Source of the DNA: Octopus sinensis
Taxonomy: Eukaryota
Reading direction: 5' to 3'
Assembly: GCF_006345805.1 (NCBI RefSeq)
Contig: NW_021832223.1
Location: 434,001-498,000, forward strand
Length of the DNA: 64,000 nt
In this document: piece after piece, positions 12,544-29,149 of the stretch
How positions within the stretch are numbered: position 1 is the stretch's first letter
Layout of the letters: each line of letters opens with the position of its first letter
The notes under the pieces: generated by a model
Told to the model about the DNA's origin: nothing
Databases searched by the model: none
The model's input: only the letters and a program-made list of their open reading frames with translations
Position numbers and translations under genes: made by a program

Positions 12544-13963
12544 ATGCAACACGTTCTCTCTCGATCAGGAATTCGTAGACTGTCTCTCGAGAGTGTGGCC
12601 ATCACCAAACTAAAAAAAATCAAAGAGGCCGGAACCACAAAAAATGAGAGAATAATCTCCTCCCCACAAGGACCACTAATTACTGTGACATCATCACCCC
12701 TTAAAGTCCTCAATTTTTGTGCCAACAATTACCTGGGCCTAGCAGTAATTATTTTATCCCAATTCCAAGAACCATCCAGAAATAGTCGAGGCGGCGATCG
12801 CAGCTCTCAGAACCCACGGAGCTGGACTAAGCTCAGTCAGATTCATCTGCGGGACACAGGCAACAGTCCCGACTGACCATTCAGGACATTCACAAAAATT
12901 TGGAGTCAAAAATAGCCCAATTCCACGGACGAGAGGACGCCATTCTTTACCCGTCCTGTTTTGACGCCAATGCAGGGATCTTTGAAGCCCTTCTGGGTCC
13001 TGAGGATGCCGTGATTTCCGACGAGCTCAACCATGCTTCAATCATCGACGGAATTCGTCTCTGTAAAGCCAAAAGAGTGCGGTACCTCCACAGGGATATG
13101 GAAGGTCATTTCTGTCCTAATTTGTAGACTTGAAGGCTAAATTGGACTCAGTTGGGGACTGTCGACTCAAATTGGTGGTGACTGACGGGGTTTTCTCTAT
13201 GGACGGGAACGTAGCTCCTCTGAAGGACATCCTGGAGATTGCCAGGTCGAGAAATGCCTTCACCTTTATGGACGAATGCCACGCCACAGGCCTTTTTGGA
13301 AGGACTGGGAGGTATTTGCTGATGATCTGATGACAGGGGGACCGAGGAGTACTGGGAAGTGATGAATCAAGTCGACATAATTAACTCTACCTTGGGAAAG
13401 GCCATGGGAGGGGCAGCCGGTGTGTCTGAGTGGGTCATTTACAGGGGGATATACGACTGCCTCGTCCTCGGTTGTGGGACTACTTCGACAGACATCCCGT
13501 CCCTATCTTTTCTCTAACAGCCTGCCTCCCCCTGTGGTCGCCTCTGCCAGCAAAGTATTTTTGTGTGACTAATCAGGCTTTCGAGCTTATAATGAACAGT
13601 GATGAGTTCTCCAATCAACTCCAGTCCAATACTCTGCTTTTCAGAGACCGAATGACTCAGGCTGGATTCCAGTTGCTGGTTGATGTTGAGTTTATATGGC
13701 AGGGAGACAGAAGTCATCCCATTTGTCCTGTTATGATGCCCAATGAGGTCACTGCTATTCAATTTGGAGATTTGATGTTGAGTATGTCTTCTTCTATACC
13801 ACTAGAGGAGGGTATATATGTGGTCGGGTTTACTTACCCTGTGGTCCCTGTAGGAAAGGCTCGAATTCGAGTTCAGATGAGTGCAGCACATTCCACTGAG
13901 GACGTCATAAGGGCTGTAGAAGCCTTCATTCGAGTGGGAAAAACACTGGAGGTTGTCAGTTGA
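12544..13963 (+). CDS. GCAT: 2-amino-3-ketobutyrate CoA ligase (glycine C-acetyltransferase)
   Basis: [54 protein letters not shown] (PLP Lys), [11 protein letters not shown]. Eight introns of 25,25,23,25,25,22,24,24 nt restore the frame. Confidence 0.95.
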
Positions 13964-14243
13964 GGTTCGACTAGTTTATTTGATTACTAACACTTTTCTT
14001 TCTGAGATGTTGACTAAATAATAGAGAAGTTGTGTTATTATCGACTTTGATCAGAGATGATATATTACTCTTGACGAATGTTTTACAGCAATTAAATTTT
14101 TTAAAAGTACAATCAGTACGACAAAAGGTAAGTGCAATTCACATTTCCACATAAAAACTTGATTTTGTAAAAAAAACTAAAATTTGTGTCTCTCAAACTG
14201 AAGAAACCGTTGGAAACAACTTAATTAGATTATGAAATGTTTG

Positions 14244-14628
<385 letters not shown>

Positions 14629-15673
14629 CTAACGAAACAAATAATTTATATTTGAGGTTGTGTAACGCATTACGTTAATTCTTCTATCGATCAGCACTAA
14701 TTAAAAGGCGCTTTCCGTCACTACAGTCATTGATGCTCAGAACTGATTTTAACTTTAGGTGGGATTTAAACACGTGGTTAGTTATCAATGACCGCTGAGA
14801 ACATATTTTGATTTATCACAAATGGGGGCCAGCTTTTCACCTATGGGACCTAGAAACTTTCCGAAGAGTAAGAAACAGAGAATCTATGTTGAGACTCCAC
14901 ATATATTTCGAATTAACTATTCTATAATGTGCTGTTTGATGGAAAATATTTGTCGCCTCAACCCCCGATTCAGTAATTTGCAAAGATTGGATGAAAAAAA
15001 ACTTAAAAATGACAATTTCGAATATAATGAGAAATATTCAAAATATTGTTTGTATGCGGAACTAGTCGGCTGTGGTAAATAAAAGAGCGCTGTGGTCATT
15101 TTTATACTCAATTTAATTTGCATTTTTTAATTGTATTAAATTTTTTTTATCATATCTAAAAAAGAAATTAATTAATCCAATTGTCTTAAAGATCAATTAA
15201 AAGTAATTTTTATTTTTCTCAAATCCGGCTTGGTCCACTACTCAGAATTTTCACTTTTGCGGACACTTCATATAAACCTCGTGCACTTAGGCTGTGATAA
15301 CCACTGTTCATTCAAAGATAGCCTGAATGTAACCCGAACTTGCCCAAACTGTGATTCCTTCAAACATCGCCTTCTTTGATGACAGATCTACATAGATTTT
15401 TCCCAGTCGAGATAATCAAATCTGCGTAAATAACTCACTAACTTTTTAAAATTTAACAAATGGGGAAGCTCTTGAAGCATGCCGAGATCACGTGACTTTA
15501 TTTATTTCGTTTCTCAAGTTCAATTTTGGGAATTTTAAAAAATCCAATAAATATCATACTGAAGTAAAGAAAATAGAACAGAAAAGTCCAGTAAATCTAG
15601 ATTTCTTTTATTTTCACCGATCGAATCTAATTATGAATTATCAGTATTTATATTCAAATATCGTTGACCTTTT

Positions 15674-17946
15674 ATGATGTTATATCTCGCTTTACTGTTT
15701 TTCCATACTATCTCTAAAAATTGCTTGCAGTTCAAATCCCGAAATTGTGAATTTTCTATCAAAGGAGACTACTTTGGAATTCGCATTGAGCATCCAGGCA
15801 ATTACGAATCAGAAAGTTCTGCCGAAAATGCATTTAAAACATTTTTGAAAAGTATTCAAACACATCTCAAAGATAAAATCGGAATCAATCCAAGTATGAG
15901 AGTTATTTATAACTGTGCAAAATCTTCTGTAAGAGCCGAAATTTTAAATTACTATAACAGTCAGGACAGAGATGTGAGTTCAGTATTAGATCAAAATTTT
16001 TTGATTAAAGCAGAATGCCAAAAGCAGGCGGATATATTTTCTATCAGACAAATTAGGAACACTGTGGAAATAAAAAGCTTGTTTCCTGAAATATTTCAAA
16101 ATTCTAATTATTTCCCCAATCAAATAAAGTTAAAACTTTCCTTGTCACTGGTTTGTGATGAACTAATCAGATCTATGACTGAACTATTTCGTAGAGTTGA
16201 TCTGAACATAGTGAAGTTTATCGTTGAAAATGAATTTGATGAGCAAATTGACATTATTAAGCAAAAATTAAAAAATGAAAAAATATGTATTATAAATAAT
16301 TTTTCAGATAAACATAAAAAGCTTCAAAATATTCTAATTATTGGCACAAGTATTTTTATTAACAAAAATGCTCAAAAATATAAAAACGTGGCAAATGTTA
16401 TCGTGGCTCTGGCAAACGAGTCAGTCGATATTTCTAGATTCCCTTCAATGGATAATTTATTCATAATCGGCCACACTCTCCCTGATTCAAATTATAATGT
16501 TTTTGATAGTCCAATCGAGGAATTTCGGAAAGTAATTAAAGAAGATGATTACAGCACTGATTTACTCAATAAACTAATTTCTGCATTAATCATATCAGCC
16601 GACGCTATAAAAAGATGTATAGATGGAACCAATTTAGACAAATCGAAAAATATCACTCAAGAAATTTTAAAGGGCAGTAATTTTACAAATCCTGTCATAA
16701 ACTTTACAAACTCGTTCAGAATTTCAGCAATGGCAAAAATATTTATCTTTAAAAGGAATGCGGAAAAAAGGTACACAATTCAGGAATTTGATCTAAATGA
16801 TGAAGAATGGTATCAGCACATTAAGTCTCCATACATATTTCGCGGGGAAATGGACCAAATTTGTAAATTCGGATACACTGCGTTCAGAGAAGAAAGCGGG
16901 TGTTACTACGAATGTCAAGAATGTTCCAAGTTTGAATTTGTAAATGAGACGTCAAAATCGTGTCAAAAATGTTCAGAAGATGCTATTCCTCTGGTCCCTT
17001 TCTTGAATTCGTAAATTTAGAAACTAACATTTAGATGTGTTATAATGAACTACACAACGAAACTCATCATCGAAGACAAAAATAGATACATCTATTATTC
17101 CATAATCGCCGACTTTTGCTTGTTCCTCATCTCACTGATATTTTTTGCATATAAAATCAACTCGAAAATAATTGCCTACACAGACACTAGTGTCAGTGTG
17201 TACATTGCAATCTCAAAAGTGTCTACGTTTTTCTCCGCGACCTTTATAGTTCACTGTTTGGATCCAAAATATTGTGAGGTATTTAACGTGCCTGAATACA
17301 TAGTGGTACTATATTATGTCGTTCTTATCTCCGTCAATGATATATATACCCCTTTTGATCAGAATTATGAAGATCTACAGAAATAAATTGTACGTGGAAA
17401 ATGATGACGAGAAAGAAAAAAAATCAAGAAAAGACGCCATCAATACTTGGCTTATTATTTCTTTGAGTATTTTCTTACAGGTTGGTCATATTTAACGAGT
17501 GACAGTTTTTTGTTGACTATGTCATTACTGTTGGAGACATTCCTGATTTTTATATCTCGGTGGACCAAAACCACGTAAAAAGAAAGTATGTTATATGTAT
17601 GAACAATAAAATCCGCAAAGTCTTGTTGATAGTAGTCACTTTCTCTCCGCTAATACCAATATTTATACTTACATACTTGAAACGAACAAACAGTCGGAAC
17701 TACAACGAAACCAAGATTATGTTGGCTGCAGAATTATCCATAATCATAATTTGGATTATTTACATGCCCACTATTGGCCGCTCTGATCCAATAAAGGGGA
17801 TTTTTGTAGATTACCTTATCACGACGATGCACGGCACGTTTGTTTATGGAATCATTGTGGGGACGAAAATATATGCAGCTTTTTTTGCTAAAAAAGAAGA
17901 ACTCAAACTAACTAAATATTTTTTGCAGAATGTCAACAAGTCTTGA
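15674..17946 (+). CDS. Class C GPCR (divergent ectodomain, cysteine-rich domain, 7TM)
   Basis: Signal-like N-terminus, CRD ICKFG...GCYYECQEC...SCQKC, and 7TM with SRNYNETKIM...IIWIIYMP (cf. NFNEAK). Introns 17011-17034, 17279-17303 and 17481-17505 give one continuous frame. Confidence 0.8.
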
Positions 17947-18301
17947 TTCACTACTAACATTTATCTAAACTAACATTTAGAGTAAAATTCTATTTTATTT
18001 AATCGGGCTTAGGCCCCTCTTTCCAACATTAAATCCACGTTCATAGCAAAATAGACGACCGAATGCACTTATTAGTATATCAACATTAGTGGCCGATCAC
18101 ATTTCCAATTTAAACATTTTAAGACGGTCTTGAAAAACAAATTTTGTGAATTTTGCTCGAATCAAGAAAGACTTTTATAGATTACTAATCGACGTCTCGT
18201 AAAAAACAGATAAGAACTATTACATTCGATAGTGACCTCTAATGTCTAATGAGCCATATGATCTAACTTTTTTAGCGTTAAAAGTATTTATAAATGAAAT
18301 A

Positions 18302-18962
18302 TTATTTTTTAAAGAGAACATTATTTAGTCTATCAACAATCTGTGAACGTTGATCAATCGCATGTTGGACAATTTTTTCAATAACTTGATTAACCTGAGA
18401 GTATTTTCTCTGAAATTAAAAATCGATATTACAGTGTCAATTTCGAAATATTGTAATTGGTAGTACGAGACTAAATCTTCACATCGACGATATTCGACTT
18501 CCCGAAGATAACTGCAATCGGCCATTGAACCGATTATAAAGCCTTTTTAAATGATTCCAAAAAATAAAAACAAAATGAAGTTGGAGAATGTTGGGTCACT
18601 GTTTTGACAAGTTGTTGGCACGAATGAAATGAAGATTCGTTGGTCATGTCAAAAAACAAGACATAATACTGCACTCCTTTCTAAAAATGAATACAAAAAA
18701 CAACCAAATGATGAATCGAGTTGATGAACGTTCCGGAAGTGTCTTGGATATGTAGTTCGTGCTCAAAGTTGGTGGACTTATTGTAGACTTGTACAACTTG
18801 AACGGGACTTTCGACGGTCTTTGGGATTAATGTTTTGAACAAAACCATTTCGTAGTTTTTTGATGTGTCGTCTTGGCCAGTAGAACAGGTGGAGAGGAAA
18901 GTTGACTTTCCGGTCGTGGGATCTCCTAATAATACACATTTCGTCCGAAGAACAGTTTCCAT
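18302..18962 (-). CDS. IFT27: Rab-like small GTPase, IFT27/RABL4-like
   Basis: KCVLLGDPTTGKST P-loop, ELHIQDTSG, LFFDMTNESSFHSC. Four introns of 23-29 nt. Short length and no C-terminal CAAX motif fit IFT27. Confidence 0.65.
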
Positions 18963-19199
18963 GGTATTAATATTATATATTTGATTATTATTTATTATCC
19001 GACCCCTTGTTCACTTTAAAGGTTTAGGATTTAGTTATGTCGTTCTGCGGTTCTTAAAATAAGTTTTGTCTTCTATTGTCTCTTATAAAAGTTTAAACTA
19101 AGAACTTTACAAGTTTAAGTTGTGAAACAAGTTCAAGTTCGAGGTCTACAGTGCCAGAGGATCTTCGGCTGTGGTTCCCATTTGACGTTTTTCTTGTTG

Positions 19200-20020
19200 A
19201 GGAATTTTTATTTTATTCTGGGGCTTACTTACATTTTTCGTTTATCTCCATGTTTTATTGCTGGTGATTCTTTATCGAGAATTGATGATATTATTCATGA
19301 GTCCCTAATATTACATAAACTTGAGGTTCCCTGATGACGATTTTGTCCGGGCCAGCCTCCACACGAGATTCGGGGTGGTCGGGATTCGCTCTTGTGCCAA
19401 CCTGGCTTTGCCTTGCTATCTATCTTCATTGTTAGCTTCCAGGAATTCTGTTTGCTTTGTTTTTTATTTCTTTTGCGAAATCAATGAGCTCTCAGAATAC
19501 TCATCTGCTTGCTGATTTAGAGCATACTTGGTCTTGGTTTTCCAGAAAATCGGTAAGTTCAAAGGAGCTGGAATGACATTTACTACAAGAAAATTTTAGT
19601 CAAATATTTCTAAACTGGATCGACTTAGCTGGCCTCTTTAACTGTGCTTACCAGCCACACAGCGGAGAGTAGCTCAGAGCTCTTCCAGTTCCAAGTACGG
19701 GATTGCATCTGGACAACGAATCTCTGTATCGGATATCTGTCATCCCCACACCAGCAAGTGCAGAGGCACAATTTCTCTAAACGGCTTGTATGCTCTATCC
19801 TGTAAAGAAAGTGCTGGTAGATTTTATAGCTACAGCAATTGAATAAAGTCGTTAAAAGGGTTTGAACAAAACGATGGTCATGTTTTTATTCACATCGGCC
19901 TTTGCCGGAAGCGACGAAAAGCGTCCCGACGGGATGACTACCTCTTATTTAGGGAGTCTTTGATACCGCTGGAATCGTCGGTAAGGAGGCGACTCAGCTC
20001 CTATCGTTCTTGAAAACACT
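19200..20020 (+). mobile_element. Degraded CRE-like (REL) non-LTR retrotransposon fragment
   Basis: ASLHTRFGVVGIRSCANLALPCYLSS (cf. LPxRxGGLG) and KRPDGMT remnants, related to 35425-35931 and 50270-51140. Confidence 0.65.
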
Positions 20021-20111
20021 TTTTAGTCTAATTAATTTTAATTTCTTTATCAAATTTCTTTAATTAAATAAAGAAATAAAAGAATAAAAACAATCTATTT
20101 GACGTGTGGTC

Positions 20112-22570
20112 ATGTCTTTATTCACATCCAATGATTTTTCACCACCAGATGCAGTGAACAGAGCATTTCCTTACAAACCACCAACTACTCAAGACCTCCA
20201 GGTATCACATCTTTTATTAATCTTCTCAGAAATCCCTAAATAATGAAATACAAACAACCGAACGATTAATCAAAGTAACTATTCTATCATTTTTTAGGAT
20301 AAAATTGCCGATATCGATAGATTATCAAGAGAAATTCGCCTGTCTGTCTCTCGGTTATGAGAAAGCCCTAATCCCTCAGAGTTTCTGAAGAGACATGTGA
20401 ACTATCCACCAAAATACAGGAAATGGAGCCCCTTGTTCGAAAATTGGACAATTTCAGTTCGAATGAGCCAATTAGTAAGGTTATGGCCAATTTGTCGCGG
20501 TTTGACTGTCTCAAGACCCGCCTTGTGGGAGTGGCGGATATTTTGAGGGTTGTGGGGTTTTTTGAGGAGGATAGGAGGCGGAGAATTGGAATGTATATTC
20601 TGAGGATCTTGGAGAACTATTTGATAAAGGAGAAATTGAAACAGTAATTAAATAAATTTAATTATATTAAATATTATTTTATATTTATTTTTAATAGATT
20701 GTAAAGAGATTAAACGGATTGGAACACTGTGTGGTTAACCTTTTTCAAATTATTTCAGTCCCGCTTATATGGAACACCAGATTTGGAAGAGAAAATTGAA
20801 TTTTTAAGCAAAAGCAAAGACAAAGTTGAGACATATCTCTCAAATAGACTTCAATCTGCCATCACAGACTGTGGTTGGTAGTGACTCAGCCTATATAAGA
20901 CGAGTTTTGTAGAATCTACGACATTTTCCATTTGATAGGACGTGCGGATAGTCTGGAATCAGCATACGCCCACCATCATTCAGCTAAACTCTGTCAAGAT
21001 CTCAAAAATGTCTCCATTTCTGATTTTTGTGCGATTTTTTTAAAGTTTTGTGAAAAACAGGTGTTATTTGGCCGATTGATGTTTATAGGTGGAATGGATG
21101 GGACAAAACGTGTCAAATAGTCATATACTTGTCTTTAAAACCCTCAAGCTGATACTAGAGACTACACAAGAGGACAGGAATTCGTTTGTCGAGCAAAAAA
21201 TACAGGTTGTTGAGGACAAAGTGGAATATTTGGTGAAATACAAAAATGTTGGTTAATTTTTATCATTTTAGGAACTGGACGTGTTTATTTTAGCATTGTC
21301 GGGTCTTTTTGAGCATATTTGGACTCAGAGTACACACTCACTGGCGATATTGTAGATGAACAACCCAAAGTCGAGTTATTGCTTTCCTGTGTCTACCAAC
21401 CGATATCAGCACTGGTCAAAAAATATCTGTTTTTAAACAATTTGGTTAAGTTTCCAACACTGAGTGATATCACATCCTCGAATGTTCTGGAATGTTCTAG
21501 AAAGTTCTTTTAGACTGACATTACTGATGAATTCCGAGTGATGTCTTCTGGTTTAATTCGATCATTTGTGGAGTGGTTTGAACATTCAGTTCGATTTGGA
21601 CATTCTGTGCAGTTGGGAGTATTCATGTGCTGGATTAGAGTGAGTTGTATTCTCTCTATATAGGGATCCTTCCTCTCTTATTTGGAGTACTATGAGAAGG
21701 TGGTTGAGCACTGGAATGCCAGGTCGAATGCCCTTATTTTGGAAGGAATAGATCCATGGACTGTGGTGTTGATGTTGTCTGATTTATTCCAAACCATGGG
21801 TGATCAGTTTTGCTATATTCAGTGAGCTTTATAAAGCAGTTTGCCGAATTAAAGAACAAAATTAAACTTGCCTGTAATAAAGAAGAATCAAATTCTAATC
21901 CAATTCAGAAATCTCTCACTCTGTACCCACTAATTGAGTGCGATACACCCGATCTGGTCTTGTTTGGTAGTTTTGGATGTTAATGTGCAGAGGAGGGTCA
22001 GTTTGAAAGAGTAGTGGTCGACACATGCACTCGTAGTGTCACCCTCGCATTGAATTGCCTGTACATTAAAGTACAGTCCAGTCTCGATGGATTGGAGACA
22101 GTAATATGAGTTGTGTCATTTTAGTATTTGTCAAAGAGTGAGGAATATGGGGACGTGTGTTCTGCGAGTGAGCACATGACTCAGGTATGGCAGTCCAGTC
22201 ATTCAAGGTGGGCAACTACCTTGTCAATTTTCCTCATAACTGTCAAGTGTTGCTATCGACGAACAGTGCATTGCTCACTGTGTTCAACTGGCACAAATTT
22301 GGGGTGTTTTCGTGTTGTGGTGAAGAGTTGGAGTGCACATTGGTGGATGAGTGTGTGGAGTATATAATCACGTGCTTTATTGAAAATGTGGAGACCAAGA
22401 TTGGGTTGTTTGGGTCGTCGAATGTGGTGTTGGGCATTTTGCTGACTGATATTGGTGTGGAGTGAGTGTAATGTGTAGAATATATCGTCAATGTACTTCA
22501 CGGTCTTCACCACAGGTCGGTCGATTCAGTTCTGCTCCTCAAACACTCTATTATGTCTTTGTTGGAGTAA
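20112..22570 (+). CDS. COG7: Conserved oligomeric Golgi complex subunit 7
   Basis: Spliced product has FTSNDF...VNRAF, RFDCLKTRL, GTPDLEEKIEFL, SEHMTQVGNYLVNFP and LLTDIEYIVNVL, colinear with COG7 as recalled. More than ten tiny introns, some junctions tentative. Confidence 0.75.
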
Positions 22571-22759
22571 CTGATTCTAGTCCGGGTTAAGACACTCTTA
22601 GGTGTTCTCATATTAAAAGATATTTCTATAAAAATTGAAATTTTCATGATTATCTCTTTCCCTGAAACTACACCGTTGTCTCGTCATTTATCGACATCTA
22701 TTCGTTTTTTATTGCAGTAGGGAAGCTGAGTCAACTGACATTTTCAGTTCTTTTCTTAT

Positions 22760-25480
22760 GGCGATAAGACTATTGGGTTCCTTAGTATCTTGATGTTACA
22801 TTTGACGATTTTTATGGCGTGTCTTTGTCAATAACTATGCTCTTAAAGGTTTTATTGATCATCATTGATTGAATTTAGGTCGTCTGAATATTTATGTTCC
22901 TGTTTTTTTATTATAATTATAATTATAAACTTGGTCAGTACAATGTCAATACAATAGGAACTATTGTGACTTTTGCGTTGTAAGTCAGGACCAATTCTCC
23001 AACGAGTTGATTTATACTTGTGAGCAGTGTTCCCTCTAAGCTGCGCGCGTGCGCGGGCCGCGCAGCAGTTTGCACCTTGCTGCGCAGCGAAATTTTTTTC
23101 TGCGCAGTAGAAAGTATAATATTAAAAATTGCTATTTTTTTTAATTTTTATATGAATTTATATATTCTTATTTTCATTTCAAAACGAAAACGTGTCTATA
23201 ATATTGATATGAGACTTAAGAAAAATTCTCCTTCTTTTAAGCCAGAATGGTTGATAGAGTACGTCGAAACCTTAACACCAGATTCAAAAATTCCCCAACA
23301 TGTGCACACTGGGTGATATTTTTAGTTTTTCCGAAGACTGCGGAGTTGTTTGTAAAATATGTGGCGACGCTAAAGCGACTTGTGATTTTGCGAGTGGAAA
23401 AACCTGGGATATATGGAAATTGGATTATCTGAAGAGACATATTACCCATAAAATTCATCAGATTCAATAATAAAATTAAGAAGAATTCGAGCAGGAACTG
23501 GAATCAGCTGCTTGCTCACAGAGTCTAAGGATGACCGACAGATGAGATTCAAATGAGTGATCGTGCACGAAGTAAAATTGAAAAAGTGAAAATTTCATTG
23601 ACAATGTTATTTTGGCTCTCTCCATGAATGCTTCATTACTTTCTGTTATGAATATACATGATCATATGGCAAAATATGTAGAACTTCCTGATAGCTGCGA
23701 AGAAAAAATTATGCATTTGAGTTTGTTGAATGCATCGACTACGTGGTCAAAGAGATATGTATGCAGGAAATTAGAGAGTCTCGGTTCCATACACTCATTG
23801 TGGACGAAAGCACAGATATATCCGTAACCAAAATGCTTTATTATATATATAAATATCGTCCTACGGGGACAAATTATCACAAAACAGTTTTTTGCTAGCA
23901 TAATGAAACTTACAAGTTGTGACAGTAAATCTATTTCATTGCAATCAAGAAATTCTACATGACAAACAATCTTGATTTCAAAAGATGGTAATGTTTACAT
24001 CAGATGGGGCATCCGTTATGCTAGGGAGAAGAAATGGCGTGGCATCACTGATCCGTGCTGAGGTTCCTCATCTTACTGAACAACATTGCGTCGTTCACAG
24101 ACAAGATCTAGGGATCGATGATGCATGGAAAAAAATAATCTTGTGAAAAATATTGAAATATTACTCCGGACTGTTTATACTGTTTTCAGTCGATCAAGTA
24201 TAAAAAAGCTGCATTTCAGGACCTGGCTAATGTGTTGTTGTTGAAGATGTCGTTTCATTTAAGCCACTAAATGAAGTGAGATGGATGTCTCGGCATTTTG
24301 CTGTTAAAGCTTTGATAAAAAACTACACAATTTTAATTGAATATTTCAAGAAAAAGGTTGAAGATGATAATGATCCGATTGCAAATATTGCTTAAAAACA
24401 ACTTCAAATCCTCTTATTCATGTTGCTTTAACTGTCTTAAATGAAATTTTGGCTGAATTAGCAGATTTGTGCACAGTTTTCCAAAGAAGCTGTATATCGA
24501 CCATAGAAGCAGTACAGTTTGCCAGAGCAAAAATTTCGAAGCTGAAATCTCAATATTTGGATGGAAATGAAATTTACTGGAGTGACAGTGTGAAGATGTT
24601 GTTATCAACAACTGGTTATGGAGAGATACAAATACAGATGAAATCCTATGCTTTATCGAGCATGTTTATCTGCATTTACAAGAAAGATTTCCAGCTGACG
24701 AATTAGAGAATGGGTAGCATTTGACACTCAAGCAATTCAAAATCAGACAAACTTTGAATTTGGAAAAGAGGAGATAATTAAATTAGCGAAAAAATATGAA
24801 AATTTTTACTCTCTTCAGAAGTCCCACTCATAAAACTGCAGTCGGAATATACAGATCTCAAGTTTATTTTAAAAGAAAAACTGCACTCTGGTGCTTTTGA
24901 AAACATTTGAAGATGTAATTTACTATATACTAGCGGAGAAAAAATTTTCAGCCACTGCAACATTTGTGGATATTTGTGGCACATTTCAAGCGTCGAGTGC
25001 TGATGCTGAACGTGGATTTAGTTTGATGAACTGTATCAAAACTAAACTACGTAATAGACTTGAGATTGACCATTGGAGATGATCATGCGAATCAAATTCT
25101 ATTTAACAAGTGGGAATACAGTGGATCTTGATCGAGTATACAAATTTTGGATACAAAATAAAACAGAAGAGAATATCCAATTGACTAGACCTATTTTTTT
25201 AACCATTGGTTTTTTAATTGTAAAATTTTCCCCCCCCAAAAATTTTTTGCACACGTCACTTTATAACGCTGCACAATGCAATGTGCCCAGCGCGCATAGC
25301 TACCACTCGCTTAGAGGGAACACTGCTTGTGAGGTCTCTCTATTAAGTTAATTTAATCTGCCAATTGTTGGATCAATAACAAATACAGAAATATCTGGCT
25401 TGTTTTATACTTTACTCCTCCTTGGTTTGCAACTTCGTGTCTACTCTGATTTCAGCACGACTATAGTTTGATGATTTCTT
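22760..25480 (-). mobile_element. R4-like non-LTR remnant split by the hAT insertion (pieces ~22760-23024 and ~25326-25480)
   Basis: NKPDI-like motif right of the hAT and LVGELVLTYNAKVTIVPIVLT left of it are successive parts of the REL region. Confidence 0.6.
23025..25325 (+). mobile_element. hAT element copy 1 (frameshifted transposase)
   Basis: 16-bp TIR CAGTGTTCCCTCTAAG at both ends, 8-bp TSD CTTGTGAG (23017-23024 / 25326-25333). Transposase colinear with copy 2 but broken by many 1-bp indels. Confidence 0.95.
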
Positions 25481-25829
25481 TTTATTTCTTGGAATTTTTA
25501 ATGCTTTTAATTGATTTTTACAGTTTTGAGTGGATAAAATGTATGGATAAATTATATATCTTTAAAATATGGTTATCGTTAATTTTCATTCAAAATCGAA
25601 AATTCTGTCATTTATGAGTATCATGGGAAACCTGGAAACCCAATCAATCCAATTCTTAACTCGTTCTTATCGAAAAACGTATCGAGCAGAAAACTAGAAG
25701 GGTGTGTGTCACTTAATTAAACTGAAGTGACCAATGTAAAAATCAAAAAAATGTCAGTCAAAAAATTTAACTTGATTTCTCAATATAATACAACAAGAAT
25801 GAGACAATATATAAAGAAAAAGAAAGTGA

Positions 25830-28524
<2,695 letters not shown>

Positions 28525-29149
28525 TCTAACAAGAAAAAATTTATTGTGTCCCGATTAAAACAATTTATTATGATTAATTTTATCAAGATAACAAATTTAA
28601 ATTTAAAATTTACATAAATCATTTTTTTCTCAAAATTTATTCTAATATAATTACAAAAATAAATCAAGTAAAAAATGCCCGTTAACTTTAATTCTAAAGA
28701 TTTCTGCAACAATTTTATACAACAACTAAAAGACACGACATATTTTTGAAGGATAATCACCCAATTCATCAGACCGAATAAGTCCTTATAAATAAGGTAA
28801 TTTGTGACTAAACAAAGTCTTCCATTATTCGTATAATTCTGGATTGGTTTTCATAAATATAAAAATTTTAAATTTTTCTACTCATTATATGTTAAACTCA
28901 ACATTACAAACAGTTTTATTAGCAGACACAAGAATTGTCCCAACTCTCAGCTCTAGAAACACAGAATAACACATACCAATTATAAAAATACATCAAACTC
29001 TGAACTTAATAAAAAAATTCGATGGCGTGTAGGAGAATTTAGTTTAGCCACACTTGCTAAAAATTCACGACTTTGGGTGCTTTCCAATCCAGTGACAAGA
29101 CAACTGTATGAGCTAGAATGACTGTCTGTAGGGAAAATGTCATAAAACA

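Noticed and set aside
15230-15400. RING finger or Tc1 fragment
   Set aside because: The Cys/His spacing does not fit RING, and the Tc1 resemblance on the minus strand is too weak.
21480-21515. Premature stop in COG7
   Set aside because: The TAG is the acceptor of a 30-nt GT-AG intron whose removal restores the frame.
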